Positions 45,145 through 53,925 of a DNA stretch of 64,000 nucleotides are shown in pieces. Numbering within the stretch: position 1 is the stretch's first letter; each line of letters begins with the position of its first letter. A program made the translations under genes and the position numbers. A model generated the notes under the pieces. That model had not been told where the DNA came from and did not search any database. It was given only the letters and a program-made list of their open reading frames with translations. Location of the stretch: the sequence record PQ657772.1; one strand, 5' to 3'.

Positions 45145-45812
45145 TTAAACTACAGAATTGATTGAATTGAATTATGAAAGGAATTAATTATTTTATAGTG
45201 AACTCATCTAACTCATTTCATTCGTTAGCTGAAGAATATTCGTTACTACGTAACTCATATTCATTTCTTATAATTAATTATAAAGAACTTTAAAAGATTT
45301 AATACTTGACGGGATTTGTTGAAGACATTTTCATCCCCCCGCAGGGGAATGAAGACAATAAAAAAGAGACAATTAAGTCTCTTAATTCTTGACGCTGATG
45401 GTTTCAGCATTTATTGTATTGCGAATTTCTTAAAATTCATTAAGAACGAAAGCGGGTTGCTCTGTTTCTCTCTATCGCAGTCATGTGCAACGGTCGTCAG
45501 TCTTAATCATCCTGACACTCACCTGAAAGTCTATACAATCAAACTTCAGGCTGTTTATTAAATCACTTAATAAACTCCCTTAGCAAATCTGGTAAGGTGC
45601 GATCCTTATACATCTATCGAGGAACTCTCTGTATGCTTATCGGAGTTCTTTATTGAGCCGTGTCGCCGTGAGGGGTTCAAACTATGCCCACATCTAACGG
45701 GTTTCTTCTGCTCATCGCACTGTTGAACTGCTCATCTGCCATCTACATTTTCGATAGGATCAGGTTCTAATTTATATGCATTTCTGCATTCAACAGGATT
45801 GTCATCACTACA
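45145..45812 (-). ncRNA. Candidate structured non-coding transcript or replication origin
   Basis: No credible ORF; at least 7 hairpins plus one long-range stem; promoter at 45819..45848 points into it; AT-rich low-complexity tract at its left end. Confidence 0.4.
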
Positions 45813-45818
45813 ATTAAC

Positions 45819-45848
45819 ATTATAGCACCAAATTCAAAAGTGTCTCAC
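45819..45848 (-). promoter_or_regulatory. Pre-replicative promoter, TGRGAC class, with no downstream CDS
   Basis: GTGAGA-cacttttgaatttggtgc-TATAAT. Confidence 0.75.
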
Positions 45849-45940
45849 TATTATGATAAAAAATTTATAAAAAGTACATAATTCTTGAACATTGAAGTAA
45901 CGCATAAATATTTTGATAAGAATTAGTTTAGTGGGGATTT

Positions 45941-46432
45941 ATGAAGAAAAGATTAAAAGATAGTAAAGAAGCTGCAAACTATCGAAATGAATTACTAAAG
46001 AAGCAAAAAGGAATTGATCCTATAATTAAGGAACCAATAACTAAGCCAGTACTTGATCACTATCACTTCGAGAATCAACACTGTCGTGAAGTTCTCCAGA
46101 ACGAAGTGAACGCATGGGAAGGTAAAGTACAGAACAGCTTTAATCGCTATATGAAGCACTTAACCGATAAACCCTTATACGAGGTACTACGAAATCTTGC
46201 GGATTATCTGGAGCGTAATAACAGCATTCCTGAAGATGAGCAAGTTATACATCACACTGCACTAACAATCGATACGAATAAGTTTAAAAGGCTCCCAGCA
46301 GGACAACAGAATGCAATACTGGAAGAGTTAGGTGTTATCCCTGGTGCAAACAATGCTGCTCGTGTTAAGCAAGCCAGAAAGCTTATCAAGGAAGGCAAAT
46401 TAAATATGGTAGATATAAAAAAAGGGAGCTAA
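45941..46432 (+). CDS. Recombination endonuclease VII-like resolvase (gp49-like)
   Basis: LLKKQKGIDPI...PVLDHYH...REVLQNEVNAWEGKV; CATAAATA at 45903..45910. Confidence 0.8.
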   Translation: MKKRLKDSKEAANYRNELLKKQKGIDPIIKEPITKPVLDHYHFENQHCREVLQNEVNAWEGKVQNSFNRYMKHLTDKPLYEVLRNLADYLERNNSIPEDEQVIHHTALTIDTNKFKRLPAGQQNAILEELGVIPGANNAARVKQARKLIKEGKLNMVDIKKGS

Positions 46433-46445
46433 GGCTCCCTTTCCT
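46419..46445. terminator. Bidirectional terminator
   Basis: aaaagggagc-taag-gctccctttcc between convergent genes. Confidence 0.8.
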
Positions 46446-46450
46446 TTTAA

Positions 46451-48598
46451 TTAGAATACATCATCAAGAGTTGTATACTCAACAGTACTGAAACCATCCT
46501 CTTTAACTACTTTTAGGATTTTCTCAGTCTTAGAAAGCAATTCTTCTCTGTGAGAAATGGCATATACATTCTTACCACGCACAGCAGCCATATCTTGGAA
46601 GATAGACCACACGCGAAGAACACCACTTGAATCAAGACCTTGGTCAATCATCTCATCAATGATAAGAATATTGATACTTTGATACAATGACTCATATGTA
46701 TCACGGAAAGCACAAGATAAAGCAATGTTTACCCTTGTACGCTCACCACGACTAAGCTGTTTATAGTCAAAGTACTGACCACTTTTCTCAATTTCTACAC
46801 TCAAATCATTCAAGAACACAACATTATGTTCAGAACCACACATATCAATGTAATATTGAAGACGTGTATTCAGATACGAAATGTTTTGTTCAATAATACG
46901 CTTACGGACATAAGAATCCTTGTTTAACAACAATTTAACCAAGAAATCTTGGTGATTTGCCATCTTATCAAGGTTATTATAGTCACTATAGTCGATTGGT
47001 ACTAATGAATCGGTCGTAAGTGTATTAATTTGTCCAATAAATGTGTTAGTAGTTTTCAATTCACGATCTAATTGCTGCGATAATGAAGTTACTGTCATTT
47101 CTAACTCTTTTACTTCAGATTTATTCAATGTATCTGGTACTTCTTGAAGAACATGTGCGTTCAGTTCTTCATATGATGACATAAGTTCATTAGCATAGAT
47201 GTTAATTTGCTCTTCTTCACTCTTTTTAATAAGTTCTTGAAGCTTATGCTCATGCATTTGTGCTTCAGTTAGTGTAGAATAGAATGTCACAGGCTTAGGT
47301 GGCATATCAAAAATCTCAATACTATCAATTTCCTGAAGTATTGTTTCAATTTCAGAAGTGGAACTATCAATTTTCGATTGAAGTTCATTAATAGTATTTT
47401 GAATTTTATCTTTAATAGACGAAGTATGTTCATTATGTTCTAATTCGGACATACAAAGTGGACATTTACTACTCTCCACTGTTGCTAATTTGTCCACCTC
47501 AGCACGTAACGAACTCTCATGACCATTTAAAGCCACCTTTAATGCGTTAAGTTTTTGTTCTTTGAAACGTTTTTGGTTATTATTCTCTTTTAGAATACCC
47601 TCCAACTGTTTCCATATCTCCAACTCATTGTGATTTTCTAATTCAGTACTGATATCAATAGTTTTTAGCTTATCAATACTTACATTTAATGCTAATTTTG
47701 CTGTTGCTAGTTCACGGTCATATGCATCATACTTCAAAGCTAACTCTTGCACACGTCTTTCTATTTGATCACGAGCAGCATTATGAATAAGAGCTTTCTC
47801 TTTCACTTCTGCCAAATCATAGAGATCGTTGAAGTCTAAAGTTTTGTAGATATTCAATTCTTCAGTCAACTTAGATACTCTATTATTTTTATCAATCTCA
47901 AATTGGTTAGCTTGTTCTTGTAATGATTCAATACTTTTTTGAATACGTTCATTACTTGCAGCCACAGTTTCAATTTTGAACTTTTCTTGTTCAGCTAAAC
48001 GTTTAGAATCTTTATACATATCCTTTAATAGTTCAGCTTTCTCTGTTAATTGTGTGATGCCCAGAAGTTCCTCAATCATATCACGTTGTTTCTGTGATGA
48101 TAATGCAAGAAACGGCTCTACGTTAGCATTAAGTACTACAATATGTTCAAATAGTAGTTGAGAAATCCCAAGAATCTCGTTTAGATCTTCTTGTGTATCT
48201 TTCTTCTCCCCTCTTGACTCATCTTCGACCTTATTATCTTTACCTAATGTAATAAAGTTGAAATACGTGGGACTTCTCCCACGCTCGACGAGATATTGTA
48301 CACCATCTTTCTCGAACTCAACAGATACTTCACAGTTTTTAGCATTAGTTTTATTAACTAAGTTTGGAATTTTGATATCGTTACCAATACTTTTTCCAAA
48401 CAAACCAAAAACTAAACCTTGAATGATGGCACTTTTACCAACACCATTACGGCGACCGGAACTATCACCACCTTCAATAACTGCATCATTGTTTTGACCA
48501 AGAACTAACGATATATCAGCACCAGACAAATCAATTACTTGTGGTGCATTGCCAAATGAAAAGAAGTTCCTCATTGATATACGTGTAATGTTTAGCAC
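46451..48598 (-). CDS. SbcC/Rad50-like recombination ATPase (gp46-like)
   Basis: NFFSFG, NGVGKS, CPLC hook, LSRGE signature and LIIDE; GTG start. Confidence 0.93.
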   Translation of the reverse strand: MLNITRISMRNFFSFGNAPQVIDLSGADISLVLGQNNDAVIEGGDSSGRRNGVGKSAIIQGLVFGLFGKSIGNDIKIPNLVNKTNAKNCEVSVEFEKDGVQYLVERGRSPTYFNFITLGKDNKVEDESRGEKKDTQEDLNEILGISQLLFEHIVVLNANVEPFLALSSQKQRDMIEELLGITQLTEKAELLKDMYKDSKRLAEQEKFKIETVAASNERIQKSIESLQEQANQFEIDKNNRVSKLTEELNIYKTLDFNDLYDLAEVKEKALIHNAARDQIERRVQELALKYDAYDRELATAKLALNVSIDKLKTIDISTELENHNELEIWKQLEGILKENNNQKRFKEQKLNALKVALNGHESSLRAEVDKLATVESSKCPLCMSELEHNEHTSSIKDKIQNTINELQSKIDSSTSEIETILQEIDSIEIFDMPPKPVTFYSTLTEAQMHEHKLQELIKKSEEEQINIYANELMSSYEELNAHVLQEVPDTLNKSEVKELEMTVTSLSQQLDRELKTTNTFIGQINTLTTDSLVPIDYSDYNNLDKMANHQDFLVKLLLNKDSYVRKRIIEQNISYLNTRLQYYIDMCGSEHNVVFLNDLSVEIEKSGQYFDYKQLSRGERTRVNIALSCAFRDTYESLYQSINILIIDEMIDQGLDSSGVLRVWSIFQDMAAVRGKNVYAISHREELLSKTEKILKVVKEDGFSTVEYTTLDDVF

Positions 48599-48610
48599 AA
48601 TAAATTTCCC

Positions 48611-49642
48611 TTATAGTGATCTGTAAATTTGGATTAGAAGATTTTTATCGAACATAGGTGAATCAATTTCCATGATTTGTTGTAACACAATCTCATCAAC
48701 TGACTCAGTACTTTCAAAGCTTTCACCATCTTCAATAAGTTCTTTGATACTTTGCTTGCTAGTAACAACGTTAAACTCACGAATGTTATAAAGTTTAGTA
48801 AAAGTATCACGAATAAAACTAATCTCATCAGTAGTGATAGCAATATCAACTTGAACCTTTGAAATAGTATTGTCTTGAAGATAATAACTTGGATCTGTTA
48901 ATAGTTCTGAAAGTGTAAATGTTCTATATTTTGGTGCTTCTGACCAAGAATGGAAAGTTGGTTCTTTACCATGTTCTAAAATCATCACACCTCTTGCATC
49001 ATCCCATGTATCAGAAAAGTTATGTGGGAAACAGTTACCTGTGTAAATTACACGAGTTCCTTTAGATGTTGTTTTTGCTTGTCTCTTGTGAAAATGTCCA
49101 CTAAAAACATACTCACAACCACCAAAAGAACCTTCAGTCTCTTTACCATGATCTGGCATCTCAACCATTTTATTGAGCAAGTATCCAGGTAACTCTAAGT
49201 GACCAAAAACATACTTACTTTTAAGTTGAGGTAGAACTTTGTATTCATCTTCAATCATAAATGGAATGAAAGTACAATCATCAAATGTTGTGATTTCATT
49301 AATGAACTCGATGTTCTCATAAACTTGTGCCATATTAATACTAGTAATGTCACGTTTATTTTTATGATACATGTCATGGTTCCCAACTAAGAAGTAAACC
49401 TTATCAAAGTTGTCATTTAGTAATTGTAGAATTTGTAAACCATAGTTTAATGTTTGAATGTTAATATTACTGCGGTTATGGAAGTAATCTCCCATAAACA
49501 CGCATACAGTAATACCATTTTTCTTAGCAAGTTCAATCATAAACTTGATGAAGTTCAAACAATCTTCGTTGTGCTGCTTGCTGTTATTCTTTAATCCTAA
49601 ATGAATATCAGTAAATGTAATTGCTTTATCAAATAGAGCCAT
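48611..49642 (-). CDS. SbcD/Mre11-like nuclease (gp47-like)
   Basis: TDIHLG, GDYFH, GNHD, GHLE and SGHFH metallophosphoesterase motifs. Confidence 0.93.
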   Translation of the reverse strand: MALFDKAITFTDIHLGLKNNSKQHNEDCLNFIKFMIELAKKNGITVCVFMGDYFHNRSNINIQTLNYGLQILQLLNDNFDKVYFLVGNHDMYHKNKRDITSINMAQVYENIEFINEITTFDDCTFIPFMIEDEYKVLPQLKSKYVFGHLELPGYLLNKMVEMPDHGKETEGSFGGCEYVFSGHFHKRQAKTTSKGTRVIYTGNCFPHNFSDTWDDARGVMILEHGKEPTFHSWSEAPKYRTFTLSELLTDPSYYLQDNTISKVQVDIAITTDEISFIRDTFTKLYNIREFNVVTSKQSIKELIEDGESFESTESVDEIVLQQIMEIDSPMFDKNLLIQIYRSL

Positions 49643-50468
49643 CTTCGTTTTTCCTTTCAATCATGTTCATTTCAATTTCGATTTGACGAGTGTGTGATGG
49701 TGTAAAACCATGCATCTCAAGTAAATCGTCTCGGATGTTACGAACATTTTTCTCACTATTAAGAATCGAACGGAAACTATTGTTAACGAACGAAGTATAG
49801 TAAGAGAAAGGATTCAACTGTACTGCTGGTTTATCTTTTTTGTAAAGAATACTCTCTTTAAAGAGAAGTGCGTTTTTAACTAATTGTATTCTGGCATCAC
49901 CCATCATTTCATCCAAATATGTATAGTTTCTATAGTTGGATTTGTGTGAGATTTCCTCTGCCAGTTTAATGAACATTTTACCTAGTTCATTAGTGATTTT
50001 ACCATGAACAGTACTGAATTCTCCGTCTTCAAGATCACCTTTCCAGTGAGAACGAACGACTTCGTACAGAATACCTTCTTCATCTACAATGTAATGTTTG
50101 AATGGTTCAAAATTTACTCTTGTATCTGCTGGGATATGTTCATCGGTAATTACACGAATAACCACCTCATCGATAGGTACATCAGTCAGTACTAAATTGT
50201 GCTCATCTGCGTATTCCTTCGCTTTCTTCGCACTCATACCTTCTTTTTCACGAATTGCATCAAGCATTTCATTGTTGAGACGTTTAATACGTGCTGCTTT
50301 AGCTTTATCTAAAAGTTCTGCTGTAATTTCGGATTCATCAAAAACGATATAATCGTACATACTGTAGCACTTATCAAGTAACCAGCAATATGAGATTTTA
50401 CTTTTTTGTATCTCACGAAGTAAATCAGCATTGTTAAGATACTTTTTACGCTTCGGCCTATTTGTCAT
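49629..50468 (-). CDS. Late-transcription sigma factor (gp55-like)
   Basis: YLNNADLL, NYRNYTYLDEMMGDA and NPFSYYTSFVNNSF motifs. Confidence 0.85.
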   Translation of the reverse strand: MTNRPKRKKYLNNADLLREIQKSKISYCWLLDKCYSMYDYIVFDESEITAELLDKAKAARIKRLNNEMLDAIREKEGMSAKKAKEYADEHNLVLTDVPIDEVVIRVITDEHIPADTRVNFEPFKHYIVDEEGILYEVVRSHWKGDLEDGEFSTVHGKITNELGKMFIKLAEEISHKSNYRNYTYLDEMMGDARIQLVKNALLFKESILYKKDKPAVQLNPFSYYTSFVNNSFRSILNSEKNVRNIRDDLLEMHGFTPSHTRQIEIEMNMIERKNEDGSI

Positions 50469-50525
50469 TATTTCAACTCTCCATGTTTTAAATCCAATAG
50501 GTACATTCCTTGTACCATCAATGTT

Positions 50526-50564
50526 ATTATAGCACCAAAAACGTCTTTGTCCCACGTATAAATA
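50526..50564. promoter_or_regulatory. Divergent promoter pair
   Basis: GTGGGA-caaagacgtttttggtgc-TATAAT on - (50526..50555) toward the sigma gene; TATAAATA on + (50557..50564) toward the baseplate operon. Confidence 0.78.
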
Positions 50565-50599
50565 CATCAAATGTTCCCTTCTTATGGAGAATCAAAAAG

Positions 50600-51331
50600 A
50601 TGATTGATCGTAGAATCCGATTAAGACCTAAAACCGCAGGTGCTAACTATGTGTATGGTGATTTTGGCAACAGTTCAGAACCAACATTGCTATCGTTTCT
50701 GCGTCCAACAAATGGTTTGGTTTGGACTGTAACCCCAACTGTAACTGAACAAAGGTCGGTTCAATATGAAACACAGTCCCCTATACATACTAACAGTAAC
50801 TACAACAACTACAAGAATACAACAAACACTGTTTTCACTATTCAAGGTGAGTTTTATGCTAACACTGCTGCTGAAGCAATGTATGCATTGGCTTGTGTTC
50901 ATTTTATTCGTTCCGTGTCCTTAATGGACTTTGGTCGTCAAGCAGCATCTGCTAATAATCCCGAACTAGCAATTGCAGGTGCACCACCGCCAATTTTACT
51001 ATTAAGTGGGTATGGTCGTTATACATATAATGATATTCCTGTTATTTTGAAAGCATATAATTTTACATATCCAAATGATGTTTCTTACATTCAGGTTCCA
51101 TTGAATAGTAGTGATAGTACTTTTAATTTATCTGATATGGATAGTCGTAAATTCTTCGAACAGCTTAGAAGTACTGGATATATGAATCCACAAGATGAGG
51201 TATGGGTTCCACAGAAAATATCGGTAACGCTTCAACTTGAAGAACAACCAACATCTGATTACATGACTAAAAAGTTCAACCTAAATGCATTTAAGCGTGG
51301 TGAACTATTACGTAATGGAGGATTTATCTAA
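50600..51331 (+). CDS. Baseplate tail-tube initiator/cap (gp48/gp54-like)
   Basis: PPPILLLSGYG..YNDIPVILKAYNFTYP; first gene of the baseplate operon. Confidence 0.7.
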   Translation: MIDRRIRLRPKTAGANYVYGDFGNSSEPTLLSFLRPTNGLVWTVTPTVTEQRSVQYETQSPIHTNSNYNNYKNTTNTVFTIQGEFYANTAAEAMYALACVHFIRSVSLMDFGRQAASANNPELAIAGAPPPILLLSGYGRYTYNDIPVILKAYNFTYPNDVSYIQVPLNSSDSTFNLSDMDSRKFFEQLRSTGYMNPQDEVWVPQKISVTLQLEEQPTSDYMTKKFNLNAFKRGELLRNGGFI

Positions 51332-51645
51332 TGTCCAATTATAGTCAATACTCTCCTTATGCAAAGGTTAAACAAACGTGGTATCTTGGTTACAATTTAC
51401 CACGTGATATGGTTCCTGCTGATACTGACGACTTCTATGTAATTCCATTGAAGTATGAGCATCAACCTTGGCGTTTAGCATACGAAATGTATGGTAATGA
51501 ACGTCTGTATTATGTATTTGCCCTATTGAATCCTGATATATTAGGAGAAGACCCAATATACAATTTTAATAGTGGTATCACAATTCGTGTTCCCTCAAAT
51601 CAACGAGTGCAAAACTATTTGAACGGTACTCGTAACATAGGTTAA
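51331..51645 (+). CDS. Baseplate wedge protein (gp53/LysM-like)
   Basis: PWRLAYEMYGNERLYYVFALLN...IRVP. Confidence 0.8.
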   Translation: MSNYSQYSPYAKVKQTWYLGYNLPRDMVPADTDDFYVIPLKYEHQPWRLAYEMYGNERLYYVFALLNPDILGEDPIYNFNSGITIRVPSNQRVQNYLNGTRNIG

Positions 51646-51656
51646 TGGAGTAAAGT

Positions 51657-53912
51657 ATGGCAGATTTACAAAGTTCTGTTGATAATTTTAAAAATGATAT
51701 TTCAAACATCACAAGTTCTGCAAAGGCAGCAAAAGAAACTGCAACAAGTACTATTGAAAGCTTAAAAGCCACTGCTAATACTTTGCAAAATGATCTTGAA
51801 AAAGTAAAAAACAATTTTAAAGCTAAGGTTAGTAACGTACAGTCTTTACCAAAGCAAAGTGCAAGCGTTGACCAAGTGTATGAAGACTTGGATCTAAGTG
51901 AGTTTGTTATTCCTTATGACAATAAATTGTTAAAGTATGACAATCCAACTTGGCACTTTTCCCTTTTCGCATTAGACAAGGATGATTTCAAAAACTTCTG
52001 GCTTTACCCAGATGCTGAAGTTCAACGTCATGTCATCTCTGAAAGTGGTGTAACTGGAAAGTATAATATCACAAGTGTTCAGATGACGCAAGCTGGTCCT
52101 TCAACTCCAGGGATGACAACCAACTATTGCTTCAACACAGCAGTACTGAACCTTTCAGAAAACAATAGTATGAGTTTATATGATGAACTAATTTCTTTAA
52201 GTAATAAACTAAGGTATCATAAGTTCATGGACTTACCTTTGATATTAGAATTGAAATTTATTGGATTCAATACTAATGGTGTACCTGAAACTATACCAGA
52301 AACAACTCGTAGATGGTCCGTGAAGATTAACAGTGTTACCGCTAGTGCATCACAAAGTGGTAGTACTATGCTGTATTCTATGAGTCTTGTTCATAACCGT
52401 GCGGCTCTAGTGGATAATGTGGAATGGACTCTTAAAGAACCATTTACCTGCACAGCAGAAAACTTTGGTGATTTTTGTTTTGATTTGGAAGATAAATTGA
52501 ATCAAATGGCAGACCAGCAATATGGTTATTTGCGTTATAAATTTGGTGAGTTAGCAGAAGGGAAGTTCTTTGAATTCAAAGTTGCACCAGATTTACAGGA
52601 TTTGTTTATAAACTATGATTCTAAACAGATGGCAGAAGCTGGAGCTACAAAAAGTGGTGCACAGGGTTCTAAAAACTTTTCATGGAATCCAAGTACTCCA
52701 ATTTCTCGAATTATCGATGACGTAATAGATACCTGTACTGTACAGGCTGATGATAGTACTAGTGTTCGTCAATTTGTTAATATAATCCCACTTAAACAGT
52801 ATGTTGGATTTGATAATTACCGAAACACGTCAGTTTATAAAGTTGTTTTCTATATAGTTCGTTTTAAAATTGGTGATATTGTTCATGAATCCGATTTACA
52901 GCCAGAAAACTTTACATTTGAGTATTTCTTTGAAAATGCCGAGAAATATGTAGACCCAAATGACCAAAAACCAAAGATTAACATGAAAACTTACAATTAT
53001 CAGTTTAGTGGACTCAATAGTGAGATTCTAGACCTTGATTTGAAGTTTGATCAGCAATTCTTTGTAGCTACAACTCGTAACCCTGGTCCAATACAGGACG
53101 TTGCGAACCATGCTGGTACACACACATCACAAGAATTGAATATCCAAGGTGTTCAGTACAACAGTATACCAGATGCGTGGGCAAAAACAAGTGATTTACG
53201 CGTCACACGTGATCTTGGTGGTATATTAACACAGGCACAAGAGCAACTTTTAAATCGAGTAGAAACTTTAGCAAGAGAACAAATGCAGGTTGGTAATGCT
53301 GAAGAACAGGATCGTTATAATAACTATCAAGTAAACGTTCTACCACAGTATATTGAAGATTATGTAACCACATATGAAGAAAATGACGGTGGAACCGATG
53401 GAATTGGTCATCGATATGGTGAAGTATTCACAATGCCAACTGAAGCAACCAATAATGAAACAACATTATCTGCATCATTGAACGATAACAGTAGTACATA
53501 TGAAATGGACCGCCGTAAAATTCGTGACAACTATTACAATCGTCCATTCTTGTGTAAATTGGATATGCGTGTAGTTGGTGACCCATATTGGTTAGGTTGG
53601 AGTGATTATTCATATATCCAATATCTTGAACAGGTAATTAATGGAGAAGATATGGAAATTAATCCAGAAGATTACCATGTAGCAAACTACATTACATCTG
53701 AAGCATATCTTTTATTGAAATTACAACCTGTAGTTTCTATAAATGATAACACTGGTGTTCTTGATATTAATACCCCAACTACATTTAACCAAACTGTTTA
53801 TCGTGTAAACAAAATTGTTCATGATTTTGGTGCAGGTGGATCATTTACACAACAAATTCAGGCTGCAATTGTAATTCGTGCACTCAAACGTCACGATAGT
53901 ATAATTGAATAA
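51657..53912 (+). CDS. Putative baseplate hub protein (gp27-like position)
   Basis: 751 aa between gp53-like and gp5-like genes; VVGDPYW and YRVNKIVHDF..G.FTQ motifs. Confidence 0.55.
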   Translation: MADLQSSVDNFKNDISNITSSAKAAKETATSTIESLKATANTLQNDLEKVKNNFKAKVSNVQSLPKQSASVDQVYEDLDLSEFVIPYDNKLLKYDNPTWHFSLFALDKDDFKNFWLYPDAEVQRHVISESGVTGKYNITSVQMTQAGPSTPGMTTNYCFNTAVLNLSENNSMSLYDELISLSNKLRYHKFMDLPLILELKFIGFNTNGVPETIPETTRRWSVKINSVTASASQSGSTMLYSMSLVHNRAALVDNVEWTLKEPFTCTAENFGDFCFDLEDKLNQMADQQYGYLRYKFGELAEGKFFEFKVAPDLQDLFINYDSKQMAEAGATKSGAQGSKNFSWNPSTPISRIIDDVIDTCTVQADDSTSVRQFVNIIPLKQYVGFDNYRNTSVYKVVFYIVRFKIGDIVHESDLQPENFTFEYFFENAEKYVDPNDQKPKINMKTYNYQFSGLNSEILDLDLKFDQQFFVATTRNPGPIQDVANHAGTHTSQELNIQGVQYNSIPDAWAKTSDLRVTRDLGGILTQAQEQLLNRVETLAREQMQVGNAEEQDRYNNYQVNVLPQYIEDYVTTYEENDGGTDGIGHRYGEVFTMPTEATNNETTLSASLNDNSSTYEMDRRKIRDNYYNRPFLCKLDMRVVGDPYWLGWSDYSYIQYLEQVINGEDMEINPEDYHVANYITSEAYLLLKLQPVVSINDNTGVLDINTPTTFNQTVYRVNKIVHDFGAGGSFTQQIQAAIVIRALKRHDSIIE

Positions 53913-53925
53913 GGAATAATTTAAG

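Noticed and set aside
45455-45505. Hammerhead-like CUGACGA...GAAAC on the minus strand
   Set aside because: Stem II does not close directly onto GAAA (mismatch plus extra AGA) and no convincing stems I/III with a UH site were found
45316-45561. 81-aa plus-strand ORF in the non-coding gap
   Set aside because: No SD, non-ATG start, atypical composition; runs antisense to a clear promoter and through stable hairpins
45690-45740. GCAGUUCAACA resembling the group I intron R element
   Set aside because: Lacks the GACUA core and a matching S element, and there are no flanking exons
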